Under the pieces are notes generated by a model, which saw only the letters and a program-made list of their open reading frames with translations, had not been told where the DNA came from and did not search any database. A DNA stretch of 64,000 nucleotides, taken from Paracoccaceae bacterium (GTDB lineage Bacteria; Pseudomonadota; Alphaproteobacteria; Rhodobacterales; Rhodobacteraceae). The stretch covers positions 1,070 through 65,069 of the forward strand of contig JBJXFU010000013.1 in assembly GCA_046155885.1 (NCBI GenBank), read 5' to 3'. The translations under genes were made by a program, and so were the position numbers. Shown piece by piece: positions 43,849 through 53,598 of the stretch; the first letter of the stretch is position 1; the number at the start of each line of letters is the position of its first letter.

Positions 43849-45200
43849 ACGTTCAGAAGCAGGTGTTCCCGCTCCCACGGGCTGATGACCTGGAGGAACT
43901 CCTTGAACTCGTTGCGCTTCACTGACTCGTAGACGGAACAGAACTCGGGCCCCAGCACCTCTTGCATCGCCGCGCTCTCGGCCAGGAGGTCGAGCGCGTC
44001 ACCGAGGTTCAGCGGCAGTTCGTCATCGCCCATATAGGCGTCGCCCACACATTCCGCGCGCGGCAGCTTCTGTTCCTTCAGCCCGAGATAGCCGCAGGCG
44101 AGCGAGGCGGCGATGCCGAGATAGGGGTTGCAGTCCATCCCCGCCAGCCGGTTTTCCAGCCGCCGCCCGGCCGGTTCGCTGTTGGGCACGCGCAGGCCCG
44201 TGGTGCGGTTGTCGCGCCCCCATTCCAGGTTGATCGGCGCCGAGAAGTCGGGGACATAGCGGCGGTAGCTGTTGACGTAAGGCGCCAGCAGCGCGATCGC
44301 CGCCGGCAGATGCGTCTGCATCCCGGCGGTGAAGTGCATGAAGGCTTCCGTCTCGCCGCCCTTGCTGTCGGAAAAGATGTTCTTCCCGGTCTTCGTCGAA
44401 ACCACCGAATGGTGGATGTGCATGGCGCTGCCGGGTTCGCCTTCGATGGGCTTGGCCATGAAAGTGGCGAAGCAGTCGTGGCGCAGCGCCGCCTCGCGGA
44501 TCAGGCGCTTGAAATAGAAGATCTCGTCGGAAAGCTTCACCGGGTCGCCGTGGGCGAGGTTGATCTCGATCTGGCCCGCGCCGCCTTCCTGGAGGATGCC
44601 GTCGATCTCGAACCCCTGCGCCTCGGCGAAGTCGTAGATGTCGTCGATGACCTTGCCGTATTCGTCCACCGCCGAAAGCGAATAGGCCTGCTTGGCCGCC
44701 GCCCGCCGCCCCGACCGGCCCATCGGAGGCTCGACCGGCATGTTGGGGTCGATGTTCCGCGCGACCAGGAAGAACTCCATCTCGGGCGCCACGACCGGGG
44801 CCCAGCCTTCGGCGTTGTAAAGCTCGATCACCCGCTTCAGCACGTTGCGGGGCGCCACCGGCATGGGCGAGCCATCGCGGTCGAAGACATCGTGGATGAC
44901 CTGCAGCGTCACGTCCGCCGTCCAGGGCGCGGCGACGGCGGTGGCGAAGTCCGGCACCAGCGTCATGTCGGGCTCGGTATAGGCGCCCGAGGGGTTTTCG
45001 GCCCATTCGCCGGTGATCGTCTGCAGGAAGATCGAGTTCGGCAGATAGAAGCTGGTCTGCCGCCCGAACTTCGAGGCCGGCATCGCCTTGCCGCGCGCCA
45101 CGCCTGCGATATCGGCGACGATACATTCAATTTCGTCCAGCCGACGCCCGGCGATATAGTCGCGCGCGGATTCGGGCAGCTTGTCTGTCCAGTCGGACAT
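43845..45200 (-). CDS. Glutamine synthetase family protein, gamma-glutamyl-amine (PuuA-like) synthetase
   Basis: 451 aa GS catalytic domain (PEMEFFL, GAGQIEINL, GSAMHIHHS, NSYRR). Confidence 0.9.
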   Translation of the reverse strand: MSDWTDKLPESARDYIAGRRLDEIECIVADIAGVARGKAMPASKFGRQTSFYLPNSIFLQTITGEWAENPSGAYTEPDMTLVPDFATAVAAPWTADVTLQVIHDVFDRDGSPMPVAPRNVLKRVIELYNAEGWAPVVAPEMEFFLVARNIDPNMPVEPPMGRSGRRAAAKQAYSLSAVDEYGKVIDDIYDFAEAQGFEIDGILQEGGAGQIEINLAHGDPVKLSDEIFYFKRLIREAALRHDCFATFMAKPIEGEPGSAMHIHHSVVSTKTGKNIFSDSKGGETEAFMHFTAGMQTHLPAAIALLAPYVNSYRRYVPDFSAPINLEWGRDNRTTGLRVPNSEPAGRRLENRLAGMDCNPYLGIAASLACGYLGLKEQKLPRAECVGDAYMGDDELPLNLGDALDLLAESAAMQEVLGPEFCSVYESVKRNEFKEFLQVISPWEREHLLLNV

Positions 45201-45230
45201 CTGGTCACACTTTTTCGGTTGGGGCCGCGG

Positions 45231-45938
45231 TCACGCGCGCGGCTGCTTGAAGAATTCGGCGATGCGGTCGGCCATCTGCCCCGACGAGTTGGGTCGCCCG
45301 AGCCGCCGGTCCGCCGCCGCCAACAACTCGTCGGGCACCCGGCCCTTGCCGCGCGTCTCCATCAGCCCCTTGACGAAGGCGTCCTGGAACTCGGGGTGCG
45401 GCTGCACGCTGAAGGCGCGGTCGCCGTAGAGGAAGGCGGCGTTTTCGCAGAAATCCGAGGACCCGATGAGTGTCGCGTCGGAGGGTTTTTCCACCACCTG
45501 ATCCTGATGCCAGGCGTTCAGCGTGAAGGGTTCCCCCTCGATCCGGTAGTCGGTCGGGCCCACCGTCCAGCCGCCCCCGAACTTCTCGACGCGGCCGCCC
45601 ATCGCCTGTGCGATGATCTGGTGGCCGAAGCAGATGCCCACCATCGGCACCCCTTCGGCATAGGCCTTGCGGATGAAATCCTCGAGCGGCCGGATGAAGG
45701 GGTGGTCTTCATAGGCGCCGTGGCGTGAGCCGGTGATCAGCCAGCCGTCGCAGTCATGCACGTCCTTTGGGAACTCCATCCCCTCGACGTGAAAGCGGCG
45801 GAACGTCAGTCCGCGGCCCGCCAGCAGGCGTTCGAAAAAGTCCGGATAGTCGCCCATCTCGCCCTTGAGCGCGTCGGGGGACTGGCCGGTCTGAAGGATG
45901 CCGATCTGCATGAATGGCCTGGGTATCGTGTCGTTCAC
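45231..45938 (-). CDS. Class I glutamine amidotransferase-like protein (possible gamma-glutamyl-amide hydrolase)
   Basis: 235 aa with the GICFGHQ nucleophile elbow and VQPHPEF. ATG 45911 (MQIGILQTG) is the alternative start. Confidence 0.85.
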   Translation of the reverse strand: MNDTIPRPFMQIGILQTGQSPDALKGEMGDYPDFFERLLAGRGLTFRRFHVEGMEFPKDVHDCDGWLITGSRHGAYEDHPFIRPLEDFIRKAYAEGVPMVGICFGHQIIAQAMGGRVEKFGGGWTVGPTDYRIEGEPFTLNAWHQDQVVEKPSDATLIGSSDFCENAAFLYGDRAFSVQPHPEFQDAFVKGLMETRGKGRVPDELLAAADRRLGRPNSSGQMADRIAEFFKQPRA

Positions 45939-46058
45939 AAAGGTAAGCGCGGGCCAGGGGGGGCCGCAAGGGGGGGCGGGGCGGGGGCTCTTCGGCCCTC
46001 GCGGCCCTCGTCGCTCTCCGGGAAGCGGAGAGGTCCGGCAGGGCCGATGAGCGGTGCC

Positions 46059-47393
46059 TCACACCGTGTCGAGGTAAATCTCCGTCTGCTCCATCGGTGA
46101 AAGCTCGGCCATGTAGTGCATCTCCTGCCGCTTCGTCTGGACGTAGTTGCGGATCAGTTCCTTGGAGAAGATCTTCGGCATGATCTTGCTTTTCTCGAAA
46201 GTGTCGATGGCGCCCCCCCACGTATCGGGGATGGTCGGCAGGTCGAGCGCGTAGGCGTTGCCGGTGATCGGCGGCGGCGGGTCGATCGCGGCCTCGATGC
46301 CGTTCAGCGCGGCGCCGAGGATGGCGGCCAGCATCAGGTAAGGGTTCACGTCGCCCCCTGCCACCCGATGCTCGATCCGCCGCGACGAGGGGTTGCCCGA
46401 AGGCACCCGGATCGCTGCGGTGCGGTTTTCGTAGGCCCAGCAGACCTGGTTCGGCGCATGCGCTTCCGGGATCAGGCGTTCGTAGCTGTTCAGGTGCGGC
46501 GCGAAGATCAGCGCGCTGTCGTTCATCGCGTGCAGGCAGCCCGCGATGGCATGCTTCAGGATGTCGGACCCTTCGGGCCCGCCGTTGGAAAAGACATTGC
46601 GGCCGGCTTCGTCAAGCACGCTGAAATGCGTGTGCAGGCCGTTGCCCGAGTATTCCGGGTAAGGCTTGGCCATGAAGCTCGCGGCAAAGCCGTGACGGCG
46701 CGCCAGGCCCTTGACCAGAAGCTTGAAAAGCCAGGCGTCGTCGGCGGCGCGCAGCGCGTCGTCCTGGTGCATCAGGTTGATCTCGAACTGACCGAGGCCG
46801 GCTTCCGAACTGGCCGTGTCGCCCGGAATGTCCATCGCCTCGCAGGCGTCGTAGAGGTCGGTGAAGAAGGTGTCGAAGGCGTCGAGCGCGCGGATCGACA
46901 GGATTTCGGCCGCCTTGCGCCGCTTGCCCGACCGGGGCGACGGCGGCACCTGCAGCGTCTTGCCGCTGTCGTCGATCAGGAAGAATTCCAGCTCCATCGC
47001 CACCACAGGTGTCAGCCCGCGCTTGTGGTAGCGGCTGACGACGTGTGCCAGCGCGTGGCGGGGGTCGCCTTCGTAGGGGCGGCCGTCTTCGTGGAACATC
47101 CAGATCGGCAGAAGCGCCGTCGGCGCCTCAAGCCAGGGCATCGGCAGAAAGCCGCGTTCGGTGGGCTTCAGCACCCCGTCGGCGTCGCCGCTGTCGAACA
47201 GAAGCGGGCTGTCCTCGATATCCTCGCCCCAGATGTCGAGATTGAGCACCGAGAAGGGAAACCGCGTCCCGTCGGTCGCCACCTTGTCGGCAAAGCGCGA
47301 GGGGATGCGCTTGCCGCGCGGCTGGCCGTTCAGATCGGCCGCGGCAACGCGGATCGTCCGCACCTGCGGATGCTTGCGGAGCCAGTCTTTCAT
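46059..47393 (-). CDS. Second glutamine synthetase family protein (gamma-glutamyl-amine synthetase paralog)
   Basis: 444 aa from ATG 47393 (MKDWLRKHPQV) with MELEFFL, GLGQFEINL, GNGLHTHFS and NSYER. The track ORF extends spuriously to 48278. Confidence 0.9.
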   Translation of the reverse strand: MKDWLRKHPQVRTIRVAAADLNGQPRGKRIPSRFADKVATDGTRFPFSVLNLDIWGEDIEDSPLLFDSGDADGVLKPTERGFLPMPWLEAPTALLPIWMFHEDGRPYEGDPRHALAHVVSRYHKRGLTPVVAMELEFFLIDDSGKTLQVPPSPRSGKRRKAAEILSIRALDAFDTFFTDLYDACEAMDIPGDTASSEAGLGQFEINLMHQDDALRAADDAWLFKLLVKGLARRHGFAASFMAKPYPEYSGNGLHTHFSVLDEAGRNVFSNGGPEGSDILKHAIAGCLHAMNDSALIFAPHLNSYERLIPEAHAPNQVCWAYENRTAAIRVPSGNPSSRRIEHRVAGGDVNPYLMLAAILGAALNGIEAAIDPPPPITGNAYALDLPTIPDTWGGAIDTFEKSKIMPKIFSKELIRNYVQTKRQEMHYMAELSPMEQTEIYLDTV

Positions 47394-47398
47394 GGAAG

Positions 47399-48205
47399 TC
47401 ACCTGACGAGTTGCGGGCGATATCGCAGCTTCGGCCGCTGCGGCCCTGGAAGATGCCGGTTGAGGCGCCGGTTCGCCAAGCCGAAGACCGCGATCACCGC
47501 GAGCGTCAGCAGGATGAAGTAGAAAGCGATGATCGGGTAGGCCACGAAGGGGTTGAAGGTCTTGTCGGCGAAATAGGCCGCGTAATACAGCGCGTCGCCC
47601 TTCTGCTGAAGGACCGGGAAGCCCGAGAAGAAGACCAAAGTGGTGGCGTGGATCAGGAAGATCGCCTCGTTGGTATAGGCCGGCCAGGCAAGCCGCAGCA
47701 TGGTCGGCCAGATCACCCGGCGGAACTTCTTCCACCCCGACATGCCATAGGCGTCGGCCGCCTCGATATCGCCCTTGGGAACGGATCGAAGGGCGCCATA
47801 GAGAATTTCGGCGGAATAGGCCGAGGTATTCAGGACCAGCGTGATCAGCGCGCCAACCCCCGCCGTGGTGAGCGGCGAAAAGATCGGGTTGGCCTGCTTC
47901 ATCGCGAGGAAGATGAGATAGGCCAGGAAGAACTGGATGAACAGCGGCGAGCCGCGGAACACGAAGATGTAGGTCTCGGCCGCGCGGCGGAGCCAGTCGT
48001 TGTGGCTTGCCTTGGCCAGAGCGATTCCGTTCGCAAAGAAGAATCCGATGAACAGGGCCAGAAGCCCGAAGTAGAGGTTCCAGATCAGCCCCGAGCCGAC
48101 CAGCACGAACTGCTGGCAAAGCGTGAAGTCGGTCTTGGGCAGGAACTTCTCGCCGATCCCGATCGAGCGCAGCGCGTAGTCGGCGAAGGTCTGGGCGCAG
48201 GTCAT
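47399..48205 (-). CDS. ABC permease, polar amino acid/opine family (HisM/OccM-like)
   Basis: 268 aa from ATG 48205 (MTCAQTFADY). ATGA overlap with the upstream permease. EAA region AADAYGMSGWKKFRRVIWP. Confidence 0.88.
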   Translation of the reverse strand: MTCAQTFADYALRSIGIGEKFLPKTDFTLCQQFVLVGSGLIWNLYFGLLALFIGFFFANGIALAKASHNDWLRRAAETYIFVFRGSPLFIQFFLAYLIFLAMKQANPIFSPLTTAGVGALITLVLNTSAYSAEILYGALRSVPKGDIEAADAYGMSGWKKFRRVIWPTMLRLAWPAYTNEAIFLIHATTLVFFSGFPVLQQKGDALYYAAYFADKTFNPFVAYPIIAFYFILLTLAVIAVFGLANRRLNRHLPGPQRPKLRYRPQLVR

Positions 48206-49086
48206 CGCCCGGCCCTCCGCTGCCGCTCGCCCGCGAGCGTCGCCTGACCGTGGCTGAGGCGCTCGTAAAGGCGGCCAAGCACGCTTTCGCTCGCCTTCGT
48301 CATCAGAAGGTAGAAGCAGAGCAGCACAAGGAAATAGGCCATGCGCCAGTCGCCGTGCGGGAACTCGGTTTCGAGCGGGCGCTTGGAGCCGCCGAGTTCC
48401 TTCGCCCAGTAGACGATGTCCTCGACCCCGAGAAGGAAGAGCAGCGGCGTGGCCTTGATCAGGATCATCCAGAGATTGGACAGGCCCGGCAGCGCATAGG
48501 TCCACATCTGCGGCACCAGCACGCGGCGGAATACCTGGCTGCGGGACATGCCGTAGGCTTCGGCGGTTTCAAGCTGGGCGCGCGGCACCGCCTGCATGGC
48601 GCCGTAAAGCACGTTCGCCGCAAAAGCGCCGAACACGATGGCGAAAGCGACGACTGCCAGCGAGAAACCGTAGACTTCGTGAATCCATTGCGGGCTGGTC
48701 GAGAGGGGCAGCTTCGCCTGCGGGCAGACGATGAAATCGGCACCCTGGCGGATCGCCTCGGTCCAGTCGGGGCACTTGATCTTGTGGCGCGTCCATTCCA
48801 GCGCCTGATCCATCGCGATGGGCACGAAGAGGAAGAAGATGATATCCGGCACGCCGCGCACGGCCGAGGTATAGGCCTTGCCGAGAAGCGAAAGCGGAAC
48901 GAACGGGGACCGCGCGGCCACGGCGCCTGCAAAACCGAAAAGCAGCGCGATCGGCGCGGTCACGGCCAAGAGAAGCAGAACGGTGCCGAACGAGATATAG
49001 AAATAGACCTGCTTGCCCGAGGTCAGGTAGCAGGCGTACCACATGAAGCCGTCAAGGCCCGAAGGGTCGGCGCAGGCCGCGAACAT
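48202..49086 (-). CDS. ABC permease, polar amino acid/opine family (HisQ/OccQ-like)
   Basis: 294 aa with EAA region TAEAYGMSRSQVFRRVLVP. Confidence 0.88.
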   Translation of the reverse strand: MFAACADPSGLDGFMWYACYLTSGKQVYFYISFGTVLLLLAVTAPIALLFGFAGAVAARSPFVPLSLLGKAYTSAVRGVPDIIFFLFVPIAMDQALEWTRHKIKCPDWTEAIRQGADFIVCPQAKLPLSTSPQWIHEVYGFSLAVVAFAIVFGAFAANVLYGAMQAVPRAQLETAEAYGMSRSQVFRRVLVPQMWTYALPGLSNLWMILIKATPLLFLLGVEDIVYWAKELGGSKRPLETEFPHGDWRMAYFLVLLCFYLLMTKASESVLGRLYERLSHGQATLAGERQRRAGR

Positions 49087-49136
49087 GACAAGCTCCCGGG
49101 GGCCGGATGCCCCGCCCCCGGGATCCTACCCTGGAC

Positions 49137-49856
49137 TCAGTAGGCCACCGGCTGTTCGGTGAACCACTTGGCCAGAAGCGTGTTGAGCGAGCCGTCGGCC
49201 TTCATCGCGGTGATGCCGTCGTCGAACTTCTGCTTCAGGTCCTTGTCGCTTTCGCGGAAGCCCATGCCGACGCCGCCGCCCAGCGGCACCGGGTCGCCCA
49301 CGAACACGAGTTCCCCGCCGGAATCCGCGACGATGGGCGCGAGGTAGTCACGGTCCGCGAGAACGGCGTCGGCCTCGCCGTTCTTCACGGCAGCAATGGT
49401 TTCCTCGGGCGTGGCGTATTCAGCGAGCGTGGCGCCGGTGGTCGGCACATGCGCGGCCTGGATGGTCGAGACCTGGGCCGAGATGGTGCCCTTCAGGTTG
49501 GCGTCCGCCGAAGTTCCGACATAGGCCGAGGCGGTCGGCGGGTAGTAGTCCTGCGTGAAGTCGATGACTTCGTCGCGTTCCGCGGTGATCGACATGCCCG
49601 CGATGATCGCGTCATAGTTGCCCGATGTCAGGTTCGGGATGATCGAATCCCACTCGTTCGTCACCCATTCGCAGGTCAGGCCCGCGCGCTTGCAAAGCTC
49701 GTCGCCCAACTCGCGCTCGAAGCCGGCGACTTCGCCGGCATCGTTGATAAAGTTGTAGGGCGGATAGGCGCCCTCGGTCCCGAGACGGACGGTCTGCGCC
49801 GAAGCCAGGCCGGTGGAGGCGGCAAGGACTGCGGCGGCTAGGAACAGTTTCTTCAT
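49137..49856 (-). CDS. Periplasmic substrate-binding protein, family 3 (Lys/Arg/Orn/opine-binding-like)
   Basis: 239 aa with signal peptide MKKLFLAAAVLAASTGLASA, then LGTEGAYPPYNF. Confidence 0.9.
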   Translation of the reverse strand: MKKLFLAAAVLAASTGLASAQTVRLGTEGAYPPYNFINDAGEVAGFERELGDELCKRAGLTCEWVTNEWDSIIPNLTSGNYDAIIAGMSITAERDEVIDFTQDYYPPTASAYVGTSADANLKGTISAQVSTIQAAHVPTTGATLAEYATPEETIAAVKNGEADAVLADRDYLAPIVADSGGELVFVGDPVPLGGGVGMGFRESDKDLKQKFDDGITAMKADGSLNTLLAKWFTEQPVAY

Positions 49857-49899
49857 TGGTTACTCCCGGTTGTCGTTTCTTGGTCGAGCGGTCTGGCTG

Positions 49900-50712
49900 T
49901 CAGGCCGGGGCAGTCGCGCTCAGGAACTGCCGCAGCCGATCGGTCTTCGGCGCGCCGAAGAGCGTCTCGGGCGGTCCCTGCTCCTCGATCTTGCCGAGGT
50001 GCAGGAACACGACGTGATCGGAGACATCGGCGGCAAGCCGCATGTCATGGGTCACGAGAAGCATGGTGCGGCCCTCGTCGGCGAGCGCCTTGATGACCTT
50101 GACCACCTCCTGTTCGAGTTCAGGGTCGAGCGCCGAAGTGGGCTCGTCGAAAAGAAGCGCCTTCGGCTCCATGCAGAGCGCCCGCGCGATGGCGGCGCGC
50201 TGCTGCTGGCCGCCGGAAAGCTGGGCGGGGTAGACATCGCATTTCTCGCCGATGCCGACCTTGGCGAGGTACTTGCGGGCCGAAGCCTCGACTTCGGCGC
50301 GCGGCCGGTTCAGCACGGTCAGCGGCGCCTCCATGACGTTCTGCAGGATCGTCATGTGGGACCAGAGATTGAACTGCTGGAACACCATCGAAAGATTGGT
50401 GCGGATGCGGATGACCTGATGGCGGTCGGCGGGGTGGCGGCCGAGGCCCTGGCCCTTCCAGGCCACGCTTTCGCCGCAGAACAGGACGTCGCCCCGCTGG
50501 CTGTCCTCGAGCAGGTTGGCACAGCGCAGAAGCGTCGATTTGCCCGAGCCGGAAGAGCCGATCAGCGAAACGACCTGCCCGCGCAGGGCCGCGATCGACA
50601 CACCCTTGATGACTTCAAGCGACCCGTAAGCCTTGTGCAGATCCCGGATTTCTATGACGGGCGCAGTGTCGTCCAATTTTGCAGCCTGAGGTTCCCCGGC
50701 ACCGAGTAACAC
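49900..50712 (-). CDS. ABC transporter ATP-binding protein (HisP/OccP-like)
   Basis: 270 aa with GSSGSGKST, LSGGQQQR and LLFDEPTSALD. GTG start at 50712. Confidence 0.92.
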   Translation of the reverse strand: MLLGAGEPQAAKLDDTAPVIEIRDLHKAYGSLEVIKGVSIAALRGQVVSLIGSSGSGKSTLLRCANLLEDSQRGDVLFCGESVAWKGQGLGRHPADRHQVIRIRTNLSMVFQQFNLWSHMTILQNVMEAPLTVLNRPRAEVEASARKYLAKVGIGEKCDVYPAQLSGGQQQRAAIARALCMEPKALLFDEPTSALDPELEQEVVKVIKALADEGRTMLLVTHDMRLAADVSDHVVFLHLGKIEEQGPPETLFGAPKTDRLRQFLSATAPA

Positions 50713-50781
50713 GCATTATCCCGGTCATTGCAACGCTCTTTCTGCGCGGACCGGCGCGCGGGCGCGTCACAATGCCGTCTG

Positions 50782-51558
50782 TCAGGGCGCATTCTGCGCG
50801 GGCGGAGGGGGAGTGGGCACCGCCAGATAGGCTTCGGCCGGGATGCGGACGAGGCCCTGCAATCCCAGCGCCGCGCGGTCTGCGGCGGGCAGTCCGGCGA
50901 TGGCTTCCCCGGCCGCCGCGGCGATCGCCGCAGCGTCGCCGGCGCGTGCCGTGACGTAGGGCAGGCCGGGTGTCAGAGCGGTTCGCCCGGCAATGCGGAG
51001 CCTGCCGGCCACTTCCGGCGCGTGCGCGGCGATGAAGCGCCAGGTCACGGCGTCGATGGCGGCGATGTCGGCCGTGCCGTCGGCGACGGCCTGCGCGCTC
51101 AGCCGGTGCGCGCCGGTCCTGCGCGTCGAAACGAACGCGGGAAGGCCCTCGGCCGCCATGTGGTTCTGCGGGGCGGCCCAGCCGGACTGGCTGCCGGCCT
51201 CGTTATAGGCGAGCGTCCGGCCGGCGAAGTCGGCGACCGTTCCCGCCTCGCCCCGGCGTACCACGAAGACCGAGTTGTAGTGTCCGGGCGGGCAGTCCGG
51301 CAGGCCGAAATCCGGCGTACCGGCAAGCGCGACACGGGGATGGAGCCGGGTGCGGAAGGGCATGCCGCAGGTCTGGGCGAGCATGAGGTCCGGGCTTTCC
51401 CACAGCTGCCAGAGATCGGCGCCCCGCGTCAGCCGGTCGGGCGCGGCGATCCCCCGGCGCCGCAGCGCGTCGCGGATCCCCGACCAGAGCCGGTCGGTCG
51501 AGGCTGACACCTGCGGCCAGTCATACATCGGCAAAGCCGCGATCGCGTTCCCGATCAT
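50782..51558 (-). CDS. PhnD/SsuA-like periplasmic-binding-fold protein lacking a signal peptide
   Basis: 258 aa. MIGNAIAALPMYDWPQV...LAQTCGMPF...YNSVFVV resembles the phosphonate-binding fold. The N-terminus has no hydrophobic signal. Confidence 0.6.
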   Translation of the reverse strand: MIGNAIAALPMYDWPQVSASTDRLWSGIRDALRRRGIAAPDRLTRGADLWQLWESPDLMLAQTCGMPFRTRLHPRVALAGTPDFGLPDCPPGHYNSVFVVRRGEAGTVADFAGRTLAYNEAGSQSGWAAPQNHMAAEGLPAFVSTRRTGAHRLSAQAVADGTADIAAIDAVTWRFIAAHAPEVAGRLRIAGRTALTPGLPYVTARAGDAAAIAAAAGEAIAGLPAADRAALGLQGLVRIPAEAYLAVPTPPPPAQNAP

Positions 51559-52013
51559 GGTGCCCCCCGGCCCCGCTCGCCTTTCGCCGTGACCCGTTGG
51601 CGGGCCAGAGCGCTTTCCCTGTCGGAGATTCCCAGAAGCCCCGCCACCAGCCGGATCGTCGCGTCCTCGTCAGCGTCGCGCGACCCGTCCGACAGGGCCA
51701 CCGACCAGAGCGCCTCCAGCACCGAAAGCCGCCCGTCATGCGGGGCGGCTTCCTTCAGCGCGCGGGTGAAGCGGACGGTGTCCGGGGCGGAGCGCTCGAT
51801 CGCCTCGGCCTCCTGGCGCAGCGCGACGGCTTCGAAGGGGGAAAGCCCGTAGTGCGCGGTCAGCACCGCGTCGATACGCGCGCTTTCGTCGGGGGAATAG
51901 TGCCCGTCGGCGCGCGCCAGCCGCACCAGAAGTGCCGCGAGCGCGACCGGGGCGCCAGGACCCTGCGGCGGTGCGCCGGGGGCGAGCAATCCCGAAAGCA
52001 GGCGTTGGAACAT
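51555..52013 (-). CDS. TerB-family (tellurite resistance TerB-like) protein
   Basis: 152 aa with LARADGHYSPDESARI...VALSDGSRDADEDATIRLVAGLLGIS. ATGA overlap with the downstream gene. Confidence 0.8.
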   Translation of the reverse strand: MFQRLLSGLLAPGAPPQGPGAPVALAALLVRLARADGHYSPDESARIDAVLTAHYGLSPFEAVALRQEAEAIERSAPDTVRFTRALKEAAPHDGRLSVLEALWSVALSDGSRDADEDATIRLVAGLLGISDRESALARQRVTAKGERGRGAP

Positions 52014-52193
52014 GACGCCGCCCTATAGCCGGGGCCGGCACATTCGGAAAGGCCCCGGCCTGCCTGACGGACCGCCTACGCCCGCAAAACAACCTCGGGA
52101 AACGAAAATACCTCGGTAGCCGATTGATCCCGGCGGCTTCGGGGCCTAGCTAGACGCAAGCGGCGACGCGCGGGCGAAGGTCGGGAAGGCAAG

Positions 52194-52856
52194 ATGGAAA
52201 TTCTAACGGCGGCCGGGATGACCGCGCTTTTTCAGGTCATCCTGATCGACCTGGTCCTCGCAGGCGATAACGCGATCGTCATCGGCCTCGCGGCGGCCGG
52301 CCTGCCGCGCGATCAGCGCAACAAGGCGATCCTGGTCGGCATCATCGCCGCGACCGTCCTGCGGATCGGCTTCGCGCTGATCACCACGCAACTCATGGCG
52401 ATGACCGGCCTGCTTCTCGCCGGGGGCATTCTGCTGCTTTGGGTCTGCTGGAAGATGTGGCGCGAGCTGCGAACCGGCGCTGGCGAGGAAGCGGCCGCCG
52501 AAGAGGCGCTGGCGGGCGAGGACCTGAACGCCGACGGCACCATCGCCGGCGGGGCGCCGCGCAAGACCTTCGCGCAGGCGGCCTGGCAGATCGTCATCGC
52601 CGACGTCTCGATGAGCCTCGACAATGTGCTGGCCGTGGCCGGGGCGGCGCATGACCACCCGACGATCCTGGTCTTCGGACTGGTGCTGTCGATCGCGCTG
52701 ATGGGCCTTGCCGCTAGCTTCATCGCGCGGCTCCTCGGCCGGCACCGCTGGATTGCCTATGTCGGCCTCGCCATCATCCTTTATGTGGCGCTGAAGATGT
52801 GCTGGGAAGGCTGGCACGATATCGGCCCCCTAGTCGAGGCGCGGCTGTTCGGATAG
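52194..52856 (+). CDS. TerC/YjbE-family integral membrane protein
   Basis: 220 aa with the duplicated LAGDNAIVI / MSLDNVLAVA motif. Confidence 0.9.
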   Translation: MEILTAAGMTALFQVILIDLVLAGDNAIVIGLAAAGLPRDQRNKAILVGIIAATVLRIGFALITTQLMAMTGLLLAGGILLLWVCWKMWRELRTGAGEEAAAEEALAGEDLNADGTIAGGAPRKTFAQAAWQIVIADVSMSLDNVLAVAGAAHDHPTILVFGLVLSIALMGLAASFIARLLGRHRWIAYVGLAIILYVALKMCWEGWHDIGPLVEARLFG

Positions 52857-52874
52857 GGCGGGATGAATACGGTC

Positions 52875-52893
52875 GGAACGGGCGCCCCGTTCC
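52875..52893 (+). other. GC hairpin GGAACGGG-CGC-CCCGTTCC 19 nt after terC stop (no U-tract)
   Basis: Read directly. Confidence 0.3.
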
Positions 52894-53008
52894 TGCCGTT
52901 GGAGACCCCCCGAATCCTCCCCCAACCCCTTGCGGACGCTGCATTAACCGTGGGCTTCCGCACCGTTCGCAGGGGGCCAGAAACCCCCCAGCAATATGCC
53001 AGCAACCT

Positions 53009-53030
53009 GCCATACGTTCGTATGGCTTTT
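53009..53030 (+). terminator. Terminator-like palindrome GCCATAC-GTTC-GTATGGC followed by TTTT
   Basis: Read directly. Only the plus strand has the T-run. It lies 153 nt downstream of terC. Confidence 0.45.
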
Positions 53031-53598
53031 GGTGAAATAACCGTTAGGGCGTCTCGCTTTCTTAATGCTCCGCATTCCTCACCGTCCCCCTTGCCCGGAA
53101 CAGCCGCGAGAGCCACCCGGGCGGCGCCCGACCGCCCCCCCATTGCGTTCGGGGCGGGCGCCACCGCAACGGCGGTCTGCGGGAATGACGGCAGGGTTTG
53201 CCGCACCATAAAGTGCGGGACCAAAGCCGTTGGTGCGCCCCCCCGCGGTCGGGCGCCGCCCTCTGTCGCGCGGGGGGAGGGAAGGAGGTGGCGATTCAGG
53301 TCGGATGCAATGCGCTGTAACCTCGAATCATCTGGGGCATAGGCCCGAAACCCTGCGGCAGGTGAGTTCGCGGGCCGTGCCGGGATGGGGCTGCGATGAG
53401 CTGGTCGGCAAGGGGGGAAGAGCGGTGGGCTGAAGCACCCCCTGCTGGGCGCTGCCGATCGCATGCGAAGCTCCGGGGTGCGGCGACGGAGCCCCGCCGA
53501 TCCGTCTTGCGCCGGCGCCTGTCCCCGATCCGAGGGGCCTTCCGGTCCCCGGGCGGGTCGCGGCCGATGACCGGCGCGGCCGCGACGGGCCTTTCCGG

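Noticed and set aside
52014-52193. yybP-ykoY (Mn) riboswitch upstream of the TerC-family gene.
   Set aside because: I could not find the conserved core elements of that riboswitch. The region shows only a GC hairpin (GCCGGGGCC...GGCCCCGGC at ~52030-52062). A covariance-model scan would be needed to be sure.
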